DNA of 64,000 nucleotides from Candidatus Versatilivorator sp. (GTDB lineage Bacteria; Acidobacteriota; Terriglobia; Versatilivoradales; Versatilivoraceae). Position numbers and translations under genes: made by a program. Below, piece by piece: positions 19,375-29,261 of the stretch. The DNA lies in contig OZ242296.1 in the NCBI GenBank assembly GCA_965207735.1, forward strand, positions 1,600,001-1,664,000, read 5' to 3'. The notes below the pieces were generated by a model. It saw only the letters and a program-made list of their open reading frames with translations. It did not search any database and was not told the origin of the DNA. Each line of letters begins with the position of its first letter. Position 1 is the first letter of the stretch.

Positions 19375-20442
19375 ATGCCCACATTCAACCCACAAGATCT
19401 CCGCGACATCGGATACCGGCTCTTTCAGACGGCCGGTTGCCGGGAAGAAGACAGCCGCGCCGTGGTCGACCACATCGTGGAGTCGAATCTCTTCGGCCAT
19501 CCCTCCCATGGAGTGATGCGATACGCGGAATATCTTCGCGCCCTTCGAGAAGGTCGCTTCAAGCCCCAGGCCACTCCCAGGATTGTCAACGATCATCCCT
19601 GCACGGCCGTGGTGGACGCCAACGGAGCCCTGGGACAGATTGGGGCCAATTTCGCCACCCGCCTGGCCATCGAAAAGGCCCGCACCCAGGGAATGGCGGC
19701 GGTCGGCCTGCGCAACACCAGCCACATCGGCCGGGTGGGCGCCTACCCGCTGGAAATCGCCAGAGAGGGCCTGATTGGATCCATTTTCGTCAACGCGGGT
19801 CGGTTGGGCTATCAGATCGCCCCCTTCGGCGGCATCGACGGGCGCCTCAGCACCAACCCCCTGGCCTTCGCGGCGCCGCGGCGCCAGGCCGACCCGATCT
19901 TCATCGACATGACCACCTCCATGGCAGCCGAGGGAAAGATTCGGGTCGCCATGAATCAGGGCAAGAGTCTGCCCGAGGGATGGATCATCGACTCGGAGGG
20001 ACGGCCCACAACCGACCCCGACGAGTTCAAGGGGGATCCGCCGGGAGCCATTCTGCCTCTTGGAGGGCCCGTAGGCCACAAGGGCTACGGCCTCAGCATC
20101 ATGGTGGAGATTCTGGGCGGGGCCCTCAGCGGAGAGGGATGCGCGGCCGGCGAGCGCGTGATGTCCAGCAACGGCGTCCTGGTGACGGCCTATCGCATCG
20201 AGGACTTTTGCGACCTGGACCGATACTACGACGAAGTGGACTCCCTGATCGCCCACGTCAAGTCCAGCCGCCTGGCCAAGGGCTTCAGCGAAATCCTGGC
20301 CCCCGGCGAACCCGAATATCGCAGCGCCCGCCGCACACAAGCGGAGGGCATCACCGTGGATGAGAACACCTGGGCTCAAATCTGCGAAGAGGCCCGATGG
20401 CTGGGTCTGTCTCCCGAAGACTGGCCGGGGGTGGAAAGCTAA
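19375..20442 (+). CDS. Ldh_2 family (malate/L-lactate/ureidoglycolate dehydrogenase-like) oxidoreductase
   Basis: GHPSHG, SHIGRVG, TNPLAF, DMTTS, GHKGYGL, PGEPE. Confidence 0.9.
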   Translation: MPTFNPQDLRDIGYRLFQTAGCREEDSRAVVDHIVESNLFGHPSHGVMRYAEYLRALREGRFKPQATPRIVNDHPCTAVVDANGALGQIGANFATRLAIEKARTQGMAAVGLRNTSHIGRVGAYPLEIAREGLIGSIFVNAGRLGYQIAPFGGIDGRLSTNPLAFAAPRRQADPIFIDMTTSMAAEGKIRVAMNQGKSLPEGWIIDSEGRPTTDPDEFKGDPPGAILPLGGPVGHKGYGLSIMVEILGGALSGEGCAAGERVMSSNGVLVTAYRIEDFCDLDRYYDEVDSLIAHVKSSRLAKGFSEILAPGEPEYRSARRTQAEGITVDENTWAQICEEARWLGLSPEDWPGVES

Positions 20443-21701
20443 GCAGAAGAACAGTCTCTGAGTATCTGCATCGACCGCTGAACAGATTCCTCGGGCTCTG
20501 CAACATTGAACGGGAGGCAAACCAGGGTCAGGTCGTCGTCGAACCTGTAGCGTAGTTCAGTCGTAAAGCGTCCGGTTTGCGGGTAGACCAGCGCCACTGC
20601 TTCACATCCATAGCGCTTACCGTAGGCATAGAGCTGATACATATCGTCTTGGTCGATGCCGTGCTTCGGGGCATCGGCAAATGCGTCGGTGCGCTTCCAC
20701 TTGGCGTCGAGAATGAAAGCAACTCGATCGCCTTTCTGTAGGGAGATGTCCGGCTTCATCATGAATGCCCGTTGATCGGACACACCTCGGTCGCCGATTT
20801 TGACGGCCAACGCCTTTTGCGGCTTTTGTGCCGTCACACGGTAATCCGACTGATGGCGCCGAAAACTGTGCGTGACGAAGTCCTCGAACACCTGTTCCAT
20901 TGGAAAAAGCAGACACAGGTTGCGGTGGCGACCGGAGAAGGTGGCTAACCCATGACCGAACAGAAACAGGCCCACCCATTGCATCACCGGCCCGTAGTGC
21001 GGCATGGAACGATCCACCCGATGGCGCTGCCAGTCGGCATGCGAGTTGGCCGCTTGTGGCACCTCGGCAACCTCCATCAACTGGCGTAGCGACCCCAGCA
21101 TTCGGCGATTCTCCGTGTTCCGCACCAGCGGCCTCAGCCTGGCCAGCGCGCTGTGAATGAGCCGGTTGGCGGGGCGATCGACACTCAATTCGCCGTGCGA
21201 GACATAGAACCGAGCCTGATTGACCAGGTTCTCACGGATCTGTTCACGAAAGAGCAGGCGGCCTCGCAGGTACGGCAGGTTCTCCTCCACTGGCACATAG
21301 CGCCTGGCGAGACCGGCACGGATGAGCACATTTAGGCTGTCAAGGAATCGGCGAACGAAGACTTCGAGCATGGGAAATCGCCGCACGGCACGTATTTGGC
21401 TTTCCGGCAGTGACTCTGCAAGTCGACGCCAACATCGCAGCATCCGCAGGAATAGGCGTCGGGTTGATTCGTGGTCGGAGTCGACCTTGCCGCCAAGGTC
21501 GATCTTGGGGAGGATTTCCACCACCATGCCACGCTTTGTAGAGATAATGCCTACGTAGTTGGCTGCGGCAACGCCGCCAATCGGTTTACGCTGAAGCACC
21601 GGACTCGTGTTGGCAATGGACTCGAGTTCCTCCAAGTCCGCTTGATGCAGCTTGCTGCTGTCGAAGGACTCAAACTCCTGGATGGTGTATGCCTCTGGCA
21701 T
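20439..21701 (-). CDS. mcrC: McrC-family restriction nuclease subunit
   Basis: NYVG...EILPKI, FPMEQVFEDFV, MKPD...ILDAKWK (PD-DxK), DMYQLYAYG; ATG overlaps the mcrB TGA. Confidence 0.9.
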   Translation of the reverse strand: MPEAYTIQEFESFDSSKLHQADLEELESIANTSPVLQRKPIGGVAAANYVGIISTKRGMVVEILPKIDLGGKVDSDHESTRRLFLRMLRCWRRLAESLPESQIRAVRRFPMLEVFVRRFLDSLNVLIRAGLARRYVPVEENLPYLRGRLLFREQIRENLVNQARFYVSHGELSVDRPANRLIHSALARLRPLVRNTENRRMLGSLRQLMEVAEVPQAANSHADWQRHRVDRSMPHYGPVMQWVGLFLFGHGLATFSGRHRNLCLLFPMEQVFEDFVTHSFRRHQSDYRVTAQKPQKALAVKIGDRGVSDQRAFMMKPDISLQKGDRVAFILDAKWKRTDAFADAPKHGIDQDDMYQLYAYGKRYGCEAVALVYPQTGRFTTELRYRFDDDLTLVCLPFNVAEPEESVQRSMQILRDCSSA

Positions 21702-23866
21702 CAGCCACTCTGCTGGTCCGGTGTTTCGTAGATGCGCCGGTATTGGTCGGGTTCGATCCACCTCGGGTCGTTGCCGGGCAACCGCCGGTAAACCCTTTCT
21801 TCTACCTCTTGTTCGTTTTCCCGGAACAAGCCCGCGGTTTCTTCCACCACGACAAAGTCGTTTCCGCCCAGAACGGACCCTATCTTGGACCAGTCGTTGA
21901 AGAAGTATTCCTGCAGCAGCGGGAAGATCTTGTTCCGGAAGGCGTACGACAATTTCTCAATCGCGTCCACGTTCATCAGGTAGGTATGGCCGATCTGATG
22001 CTCCCGGTCGAGCAGGGCGGTGATGCGTTTATTCATGACCCTCAGCATCCTCTGACAATCGACACCCTCCACATCCGTGGAAATAGTCTTGTGCTCCGGC
22101 TCCGGCATCATCTCCACGAAGTCAAAGCGCCTCCGCAGCGCCGTGTCCAGCAGTTGAATCGACCGGTCGGCCGTGTTCATCGTGCCGATCAGGTAAAGGT
22201 TGTCCGGAACACCGAATGATTCCTTCGAATAAGGCAACGTGACCTTCGTTTCATCCTCCGCGCCGAGCCGCCGGGAAGCCTCGATCAGCGTGATGAGTTC
22301 GCCAAATATCTTGGCGATGTTGCCACGGTTGATCTCGTCGATGATCAGGACGAACCGTTTATCCCCATCCGTTTTCGCCGCATTATTGGCCGCATTGGCG
22401 ATTTTCTTGAAAATACCGTCACTCAACTCGTAACTGAGACCCTCAGCCCTCTCGTCCAAGAGCGGCCGGATTCCTTCAATGAAGTCCTCATAGGCGTAAC
22501 TCTGGTGAAAAGTCACCAAGGCGATCTGACCGGAGTTTTCTTTTGGATTGAATCGGAGTTCGTGAAACCTCTCGATCTCTCGCCTGTCGTAATTGACTCT
22601 GGCACCGTCGATGATGGCCAAGGCGTGGTTAACCGTGTAGAACGTCTTACTCGTTCCCGGTGGTCCGTAGAGGATCTGATTGCTGGGATGTTTCACTTCC
22701 GGTTTTTGCTCCGGTTTCTGCGTTTCCTCTCCGCTGTTCACAGACTCCGGACCGCTGAGTCGGTCCAGCAGCTCGAATGTCTCCGAATATGCCGGCGCCC
22801 GACGAAAAGCGTTCAGGGTCTGAGGACCTGCGTCGTTAAAGCCCGTTCGGTCCGTTTGCCCCGCCAGGCTTCCTGTCACCTTGTTCAACCAGACAACATG
22901 TATCCTGCTATCCTCAGCAAGGCGCTCCCGGTAGTCGTTCCTATGGACGATCCCCATGCCGCGCCCCCGCGACGTGCCGGTTCTGACAAGAATCACGTCG
23001 CCGGGCTCCGGATCGCCAAGCGGGTATTGGGGACGATCAGGCCTCGACTCGTCATAATCCTCCCAACCCTTCCCGCCCCCAGGTCCTCCGGTGAAGACCC
23101 AATGGTTCGGTTCAAAGTCAAGCTGCGGTTTGAAGTCTCTCCAGTAGTCGCCTCCGCTTTGGCCCATGGCATTCGTGCTGACCTGAAAGCATCGATCCGA
23201 ATGAACAGACAAACTGCCTGACCACCTCAGATAGGCAAACAGGTTTATTTCGTAGGGCTCACAGCCCGGGAATCGACCACGGACTTTCTGTAGCCATTCC
23301 TTATAAAGTGGCCAATTGAATTCGCCGGCCGGCGGATCGACAATAGCGTCCATCTTGTCGTCGCAGGCAATGAACTGAGACGGGTTGATGAGAAAGAGCG
23401 CCTGCGTCAGCTTTACTGCACCAACCTGGCGGATCTTGAGTGCGCCATCGAAATCTTCGGGAGCCACCGAGTCCCGCCCCCGAACGGCTCCTCGGAACAA
23501 GTTCCAAAGCAACTGCGGGTTACCTTGGCCGTTGTTGTGGAATAGCACCAGGGCGTTGTACGAGGGCGTTGGGAATATGAACCCATCCTCCAATTCAACC
23601 GGAGGCTGGCCATCCATGTTGAATGCCGTCTTAACGCTCGGAAATACCCGCTCCCGACTCCGCGTGTCCTGGTTCCGTTGCGCGAGGGAATAGAAGAATG
23701 AGAACGGATCTATGTTCTTGTCGCCGTGTTTGAGCAATGGCGGCTCATCACCATCGTTACGCCACGCCACCTTTTTGGCGGCCTCGGCCAGATAGGTCTC
23801 GCCGCCCTCTTCAATGTTTCTTGCGAGTTCCTTGAACCAGTGAACCCACCCGTAGATCTCCTTCAT
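21701..23866 (-). CDS. mcrB: McrB-family AAA+ GTPase with long N-terminal region
   Basis: ILYGPPGTSKT, TFHQSYAYEDFIEG, IIDEINRGN, GTMNTADRS, ALRRRF, IGHTY, PLLQEYF. Confidence 0.92.
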   Translation of the reverse strand: MKEIYGWVHWFKELARNIEEGGETYLAEAAKKVAWRNDGDEPPLLKHGDKNIDPFSFFYSLAQRNQDTRSRERVFPSVKTAFNMDGQPPVELEDGFIFPTPSYNALVLFHNNGQGNPQLLWNLFRGAVRGRDSVAPEDFDGALKIRQVGAVKLTQALFLINPSQFIACDDKMDAIVDPPAGEFNWPLYKEWLQKVRGRFPGCEPYEINLFAYLRWSGSLSVHSDRCFQVSTNAMGQSGGDYWRDFKPQLDFEPNHWVFTGGPGGGKGWEDYDESRPDRPQYPLGDPEPGDVILVRTGTSRGRGMGIVHRNDYRERLAEDSRIHVVWLNKVTGSLAGQTDRTGFNDAGPQTLNAFRRAPAYSETFELLDRLSGPESVNSGEETQKPEQKPEVKHPSNQILYGPPGTSKTFYTVNHALAIIDGARVNYDRREIERFHELRFNPKENSGQIALVTFHQSYAYEDFIEGIRPLLDERAEGLSYELSDGIFKKIANAANNAAKTDGDKRFVLIIDEINRGNIAKIFGELITLIEASRRLGAEDETKVTLPYSKESFGVPDNLYLIGTMNTADRSIQLLDTALRRRFDFVEMMPEPEHKTISTDVEGVDCQRMLRVMNKRITALLDREHQIGHTYLMNVDAIEKLSYAFRNKIFPLLQEYFFNDWSKIGSVLGGNDFVVVEETAGLFRENEQEVEERVYRRLPGNDPRWIEPDQYRRIYETPDQQSG

Positions 23867-23889
23867 GCGCTCTTTCTCCTCCTGTTACA

Positions 23890-23918
23890 TTGACGTCTAT
23901 CGATTGTCACCGTACATT
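23890..23918 (+). promoter_or_regulatory. sigma70-type promoter of higA
   Basis: TTGACG-N17-TACATT, 25 nt upstream of the ATG. Confidence 0.55.
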
Positions 23919-23942
23919 GGAATGTGAACATGAGGGTCCGAT

Positions 23943-24230
23943 ATGGCGATGAAAAATCCTGTTCATGCGGGTGCTATTGTGCGCGAGGAATGTCTGAAAC
24001 CCTTGGGCCTGACTGTCTCCGAATGTGCAGAGAGACTCGGCGTCGGACGCCGGACGCTTTCCAACCTGGTGAATGAAAAGGCATCGGTTTCCATTGAAAT
24101 GGCCTTCCCGCTGTCGAAGGCGTTCGGCTCAACTCCCCGAACATGGCTTGGCATGCAGTTGGCGTTCGACCTTGCCCGTTCGCGTGATTTGGAAAGACGG
24201 ATCAACGTCAAACGCATTGTGGCCGCATAG
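23943..24230 (+). CDS. higA: HigA-family antitoxin (HTH-XRE), no adjacent toxin
   Basis: MKNPVHAG.IVRE..L.PLGLTV...A..LGV.R.TLS.LVN....S.EMA..LSKAFG.TP.TWL.MQ..FDL. Confidence 0.88.
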   Translation: MAMKNPVHAGAIVREECLKPLGLTVSECAERLGVGRRTLSNLVNEKASVSIEMAFPLSKAFGSTPRTWLGMQLAFDLARSRDLERRINVKRIVAA

Positions 24231-24400
24231 CAGCCACGCTTAAGAATACAGGAAAGGCGGCCGTGCGTCCTCGACGGCTCGACGGGAGGCGCCCAATTGA
24301 GCGCCCGAAGCCTTTCCGGTATATACTAGCCATTGAGAGAAAACCGTCGAACCGAAGACCGTCGCAACAGACGGCTTCGGCTGGCAATTGACTGACAACC

Positions 24401-25579
24401 ATGCGGCGCATCTACCTGGACAACAACGCAACCACTCGGGTTGCCCCGGAGGTTCTGGAGGCCATGCTGCCCTGCTACGGGGAGGTCTTTGGCAACCCCT
24501 CCAGCGTTCACGGGTATGGGCAGGAAGCCAAGGAGGCGCTGGATCTGGCGAGGGAACAGGTGGCGGGCCTGCTGAACTCGGAGCCCAACGAAATCGTGTT
24601 TACCGCGGGCGGCACCGAAAGCGACAATCTGGCTATTCGCGGTGTCATGGAGGCGGCCCCGGGAAGCGCCAGGCACCTGGTGACTTCGCAGATCGAGCAC
24701 CATGCGGTGATCCACACCTGCCAGGATGTTGAAAAGCGCGGTGTCGAGGTGACTTACGTCCCCGTCAACCGGGAAGGGGTGGTGGATCCCGAGCAGGTCG
24801 CCCGGGCCGTGCGGGCGGACACCCGGCTGATTTCCATCATGGTTGCCAACAACGAAACGGGCGCCTTGCAGCCGGTTCGCCGGATCGGCGACATCGCCAG
24901 GGAGCGGGGCGTGCTATTTCATTCGGATGCCGTTCAGGCGGCCGGCAAGATTCCCCTCAACACCGCCGAGCTTGGTGTCGATCTGCTCACCATCAGCGCC
25001 CACAAGTTTCAGGGGCCGAAGGGGGTGGGAGCTCTCTTTGTGAGGAAGGGCACGCGCCTGCGCCCCCTCTTCCACGGCGGGGGCCACGAAAGAAACCGCC
25101 GGGCCGGAACCGAGAACGTGCCGCAAATCGTCGGTTTGGGTCGAGCGGCCGAATTGGTGCGGAAGTCGATGGACCGGGAAGGCGAGCGGATTCAGAAATT
25201 GAGGGATTGGTTCGAAAAGGAGGCGCAGCGGCGAATTCCGGAGGTCACGGTCAACGGACCCGCCGAATCGAGGCTGTGCAACACCTCCAACCTGCGCTTT
25301 GCCGGGGCCGAGGCGGAAGGGTTGATCATCAATCTGGATCTGGCGGGAGTGGCCTGTTCCACCGGGTCCGCCTGCTCCTCCGGGGCCATCGAGCCTTCCC
25401 ATGTGCTGACGGCCATGGGTCTGTCTCCGGCCGAGGCTTTCGAGTGCCTCCGCTTCAGCTTGTCCAGGGATACCGCCCGGGAGGACCTGGTCCGGGTGCT
25501 GGAACTGCTGCCCGATCTGGTAGCCCGGCAACGGGAGATGTCCTCGCCCGAAAAACATGCCTATTCGATGATCTCCTGA
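24401..25579 (+). CDS. iscS: cysteine desulfurase (IscS/NifS)
   Basis: IYLDNNATT, GNPSSVH, GGTESDN, ANNETG, HSDAVQ, SAHKFQGPKG, STGSACSSG. Confidence 0.95.
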   Translation: MRRIYLDNNATTRVAPEVLEAMLPCYGEVFGNPSSVHGYGQEAKEALDLAREQVAGLLNSEPNEIVFTAGGTESDNLAIRGVMEAAPGSARHLVTSQIEHHAVIHTCQDVEKRGVEVTYVPVNREGVVDPEQVARAVRADTRLISIMVANNETGALQPVRRIGDIARERGVLFHSDAVQAAGKIPLNTAELGVDLLTISAHKFQGPKGVGALFVRKGTRLRPLFHGGGHERNRRAGTENVPQIVGLGRAAELVRKSMDREGERIQKLRDWFEKEAQRRIPEVTVNGPAESRLCNTSNLRFAGAEAEGLIINLDLAGVACSTGSACSSGAIEPSHVLTAMGLSPAEAFECLRFSLSRDTAREDLVRVLELLPDLVARQREMSSPEKHAYSMIS

Positions 25580-25677
25580 GCCCGGGCCTAAGGGGCCGGG
25601 ACGACCGTTTTCCCATCACTCTTTTCACTAGAACGGACTTCCGTCCGGCAACGGACGCTGGTGAGTGGTAAGTCAGT

Positions 25678-26853
25678 ATGTCAGAGAAAATTGTCATCGC
25701 CATGAGCGGAGGTGTGGACAGTTCGACCGCCGCGGCCCTGCTGAAGGATCAGGGCCGGGACGTGGTCGGTCTCTCCATGCAGCTATGGGACTACACCCGG
25801 CGGGAGACCAGTGACGACGAGGACTGGGAACGGAAGAAGTCCGGAACCTGCTGCTCGCTCGACGATATTTATGACGCCCGGCGGGTGGCCCGCTTCCTCG
25901 ACATCCCCTTTTACGTGGTCAACTTCGAGCGGGCATTCGAGCAGGAAGTGGTGCGTCCCTTTGTGGAGAGCTACCTCAGCGGGGAGACTCCCATTCCCTG
26001 TACCCGCTGCAACACGCTCATGAAGTTCGACCGGCTGCTGGCTCGAGCCATCCAGATCGGCGCCGACCGGATCGCCACCGGCCATTACGCCCGCATCCGC
26101 CATAACCCCCGGACCGGACGCTACGAGCTTCTCCGCGCCGTCTATCGGAGCAAGGACCAATCCTTTTTCCTGTTCGATCTCACCCAGGCCCAGTTGAGCC
26201 GCATGCTCTTCCCCCTGGGCGAGTTCACCAAGGCCGAGGTGCGCGGCATGGCTGAATCCTATCGCCTGCCCATCGCCGACAAGCCGGAAAGCCAGGAGAT
26301 CTGCTTCATCCCCACCAAAGACACCGGACGGTTCGTGGAGCGATATGTGGAAAAGGGGCGGACATCGGCCCCGGGATCCAACGGCTCCAAGCAGGATTCG
26401 AGTCCGGCCCCCGCCTCGTCGGATTGCGGAGGTCCGGGTCGAATCGTGAACCGTCAGGGAGAGGTGCTGGGAGAGCACCCCGGCATCCACCACTTCACGG
26501 TCGGTCAGCGGAAAGGGCTGGGAGTGGCTACCGGGGAGCGGCTTTACGTGATCGAAACCGACCCTGACCGCAATCGAGTGGTGGTGGGGCCCGACCGCGA
26601 TCTGCTCCGGTCCGGGCTGGTCGCCTCCAGGGTCAATTGGATCTCCGTCGAGACGTTAACCCGGCCGCTACGGGTCCAAGCTCAGATTCGAAGCCGGCAT
26701 CAGGCGGCCGAGGCAACCCTGTCGGCTCGGGACGACGGGTCGGTGGAGGTCCGTTTCGACGAACCTCAGCGGGCCGTGACCCCCGGGCAGGCCGTGGTCT
26801 TCTACCAGGACGAGCTGGTGGTGGGCGGCGGCTGGATTCAGGAAGGACTCTAG
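25678..26853 (+). CDS. mnmA: tRNA 2-thiouridine(34) synthase
   Basis: AMSGGVDSS, TPIPCTRCN, ATGHYA, KDQSFFL, ESQEICF, TVGQRKGLG, VTPGQAVVFY. Confidence 0.97.
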   Translation: MSEKIVIAMSGGVDSSTAAALLKDQGRDVVGLSMQLWDYTRRETSDDEDWERKKSGTCCSLDDIYDARRVARFLDIPFYVVNFERAFEQEVVRPFVESYLSGETPIPCTRCNTLMKFDRLLARAIQIGADRIATGHYARIRHNPRTGRYELLRAVYRSKDQSFFLFDLTQAQLSRMLFPLGEFTKAEVRGMAESYRLPIADKPESQEICFIPTKDTGRFVERYVEKGRTSAPGSNGSKQDSSPAPASSDCGGPGRIVNRQGEVLGEHPGIHHFTVGQRKGLGVATGERLYVIETDPDRNRVVVGPDRDLLRSGLVASRVNWISVETLTRPLRVQAQIRSRHQAAEATLSARDDGSVEVRFDEPQRAVTPGQAVVFYQDELVVGGGWIQEGL

Positions 26854-26869
26854 CCCGCGGACTGACCCC

Positions 26870-27898
26870 ATGAAGACGGGAATTCTCTGGAACGATCTCT
26901 TTCTGAAGCACGATACCGGCCCCGCCCATCCGGAGAACAAGGAGCGCCTGCTCTCCATCCGGCGGGGGCTGGACTCCTACCCCCACCTCGCGGACCTCAA
27001 GCGTCTGGGACTGAGACCGGCCACCGAGACCGAGCTGCGCCTGGTCCATCCTGCCGCTCACATCCGCGCCATCCAGCAAAGCGCCGGCAGACCCTTCAAC
27101 TATCTGGATTCCGACACTGCCGTCTGCGAAGACAGTTACGAAGTGGCTGTCCATGCGGTGGGAGGGGTCCTGCAGATGATCGAGTCCCTGATGTCGGGCG
27201 AGATCGACAACGGTTTTGCCTTTGTGCGGCCGCCGGGTCACCACGCCGAACCCGAACGGGCCATGGGTTTTTGCCTCTTCGGCAACGTGGCCCTGGGCGC
27301 CGCCCACGCCCTGAAACGCTTCGGGCTGGAACGGGTCCTGGTGGTCGATTTCGATGTCCACCACGGGAACGGCACTCAGAAGGCCTTTTACCATCGCCAG
27401 GATGTGCTCTTCATCTCCACCCACCAATTTCCTCTTTTCCCGGGAACCGGCGCCTTTCCCGAAATCGGCAGAGACTCCGGCAAGGGCTTCACCCTCAACT
27501 TCCCCCTGCCCGCCGGCACCGGCGATGACACCTACGGCCTGCTCTTCGACAAGATCGTCCTTCCGGTCGCCAAGGCCTACCGGCCCCAATTGATGCTGGT
27601 GTCGGCCGGGTTCGACGCCTACATGGCAGACCCCTTGGCCGGCATGCGCGTCACTCCGACGGGATTCGCATCCATGGCCCGTCATCTCAAGATCCTGGCC
27701 GACACGGTCTGCCATGGAAGGATGGTCCTGGTTCTGGAAGGCGGCTACCACCTCGAGGGACTGCAAGAGAGTGTGGTGCGGGTGTTGGACCAGCTCTGCG
27801 GGCATCCGGGACCCGTTCCACCCCCAGGCCGCTCCGACCTGTTCGAGGCCGTCCTCGCCAAGGCCCGGACCCACTTCGGGGACCACTGGAAGTTCTGA
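26870..27898 (+). CDS. histone deacetylase-family (class II-like) amidohydrolase
   Basis: HPE...RL, RPPGHHA, GFCLF, DFDVHHGNGTQ, SAGFDA...DPL, LEGGY. Confidence 0.95.
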   Translation: MKTGILWNDLFLKHDTGPAHPENKERLLSIRRGLDSYPHLADLKRLGLRPATETELRLVHPAAHIRAIQQSAGRPFNYLDSDTAVCEDSYEVAVHAVGGVLQMIESLMSGEIDNGFAFVRPPGHHAEPERAMGFCLFGNVALGAAHALKRFGLERVLVVDFDVHHGNGTQKAFYHRQDVLFISTHQFPLFPGTGAFPEIGRDSGKGFTLNFPLPAGTGDDTYGLLFDKIVLPVAKAYRPQLMLVSAGFDAYMADPLAGMRVTPTGFASMARHLKILADTVCHGRMVLVLEGGYHLEGLQESVVRVLDQLCGHPGPVPPPGRSDLFEAVLAKARTHFGDHWKF

Positions 27899-27986
27899 CC
27901 GCCAACGACAACGAAGCCGCTTGCGCCGCCCGGCAAACCTCTCTTATAATTCAATTAATAAGAATCATCTAGCCTGGGTGGTCCCC

Positions 27987-28748
27987 ATGATGAGGCGCTT
28001 CGGCATCGCTATTGTTTCGCTCGCCCTTCTCCCCCAACCGGCAATTGCCAAGGACGAGTCCTCCCAACTCGACACCCCGGCTCGCCGCGAGCTGGTTCGG
28101 GCGCTCGCCAGCGAGTACGCCACCCTGAAAGTCTCTCTTCCCATCAACAAGAGAGGCCTGACCGTAGACGACACCGGCGAGTTCGACTGGGAAAAACACG
28201 AAATGTCGCTGCTTCGCAGCGGCCAGTTCATCACTTCCGGCATCAGAGTCCAGATCACCAAGATCAGCTTCGACAAGAAGAAATTGCGCTTCGAGCTCAA
28301 CGGCGGCGGCAGAAAGTTGAAGAGGCGCATTCTGGAGCGGATCTACGCCGGCACGGCAACCTCGGTAACACCACTGGCCAGGCCCTCGGATGCCTCCAAC
28401 CCCAAGGGCTCCTACGTCACCATCAAGTTCGACGGGTTCGTTCCCGACGTGACACCCGAGGAAGTCAGGTCCATCCTCTCAACGGTGCTGGATTTCAGCA
28501 AGAAGAGCTCGACCAAGAGCTTCATGGAAGCCCAGCCCGAAGAATTCAAGGAAGCCATCCGCAACAAGCGAGCGGCGGTGGGTATGGACAAGGACACGGT
28601 TCTGGCCTCAATGGGCCAGCCCCTTCGGCGGGTGTGGGAGACCAAGGAAGACACGGTGGTGGAGGAGTGGATTTACGGGGAGAGGCCCTACAAGGTGATC
28701 TTCGTGGAGTTCCACGAGGGAATCGTGGTCAGCGTCAAGGAGTACTAA
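27987..28748 (+). CDS. hypothetical exported protein with C-terminal SmpA/BamE-like motif
   Basis: Signal peptide; C-terminal GMDKDTVLASMGQP...EEWIYG. Confidence 0.6.
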   Translation: MMRRFGIAIVSLALLPQPAIAKDESSQLDTPARRELVRALASEYATLKVSLPINKRGLTVDDTGEFDWEKHEMSLLRSGQFITSGIRVQITKISFDKKKLRFELNGGGRKLKRRILERIYAGTATSVTPLARPSDASNPKGSYVTIKFDGFVPDVTPEEVRSILSTVLDFSKKSSTKSFMEAQPEEFKEAIRNKRAAVGMDKDTVLASMGQPLRRVWETKEDTVVEEWIYGERPYKVIFVEFHEGIVVSVKEY

Positions 28749-28776
28749 CCCGCCTTTCGCACCAAGTCGTTTCTCT

Positions 28777-29229
28777 TCAGAATTTCCTGATCTGTCGCAG
28801 CGCTTCGTAGACGACCACGGCCACGGCGTTGCTCAAATTGAGACTCCGCGCCTTCTCGCCCCACATCGGTATCTTTAGGGACTGTTGCGGCTGGCTCTCG
28901 ATCAATGCCCGCGGCAGTCCCCGGGTCTCGCGTCCGAACACCAGATAATCTTCCCAGCGGTAGCTGGCCTCGGTGTAGAGCCGAGTGGCCTTGCTGGAAA
29001 AATAGTAAAACCGGGCACCGGGAGCCGCTTCCTTCAACTCAGCCAGGGAATCGTGGCGCTTGACCTTCAGGGACGGCCAGTAGTCCAATCCGGCTCGTTT
29101 CAGGTGATGGTCCGAGAGCGAAAATCCCAGGGGACCCACCAGGTGAAGCTGACATTGGGTGAGGACGCAGAGCCGGCCGATGTTTCCCGTGTTCTGAGGA
29201 ATCTCCGGCTCCACCAGGACTACGTGCAT
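28777..29229 (-). CDS. trmL: tRNA (cytidine(34)-2'-O)-methyltransferase
   Basis: VVLVEPEIPQNTGNIGRLC, LKRAGLDYW, FGRETRGLP, RSLNLSNAV. Confidence 0.95.
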   Translation of the reverse strand: MHVVLVEPEIPQNTGNIGRLCVLTQCQLHLVGPLGFSLSDHHLKRAGLDYWPSLKVKRHDSLAELKEAAPGARFYYFSSKATRLYTEASYRWEDYLVFGRETRGLPRALIESQPQQSLKIPMWGEKARSLNLSNAVAVVVYEALRQIRKF

Positions 29230-29261
29230 CTGCCAAATCCGCCGGCTGGGAGGAAGGGCGC

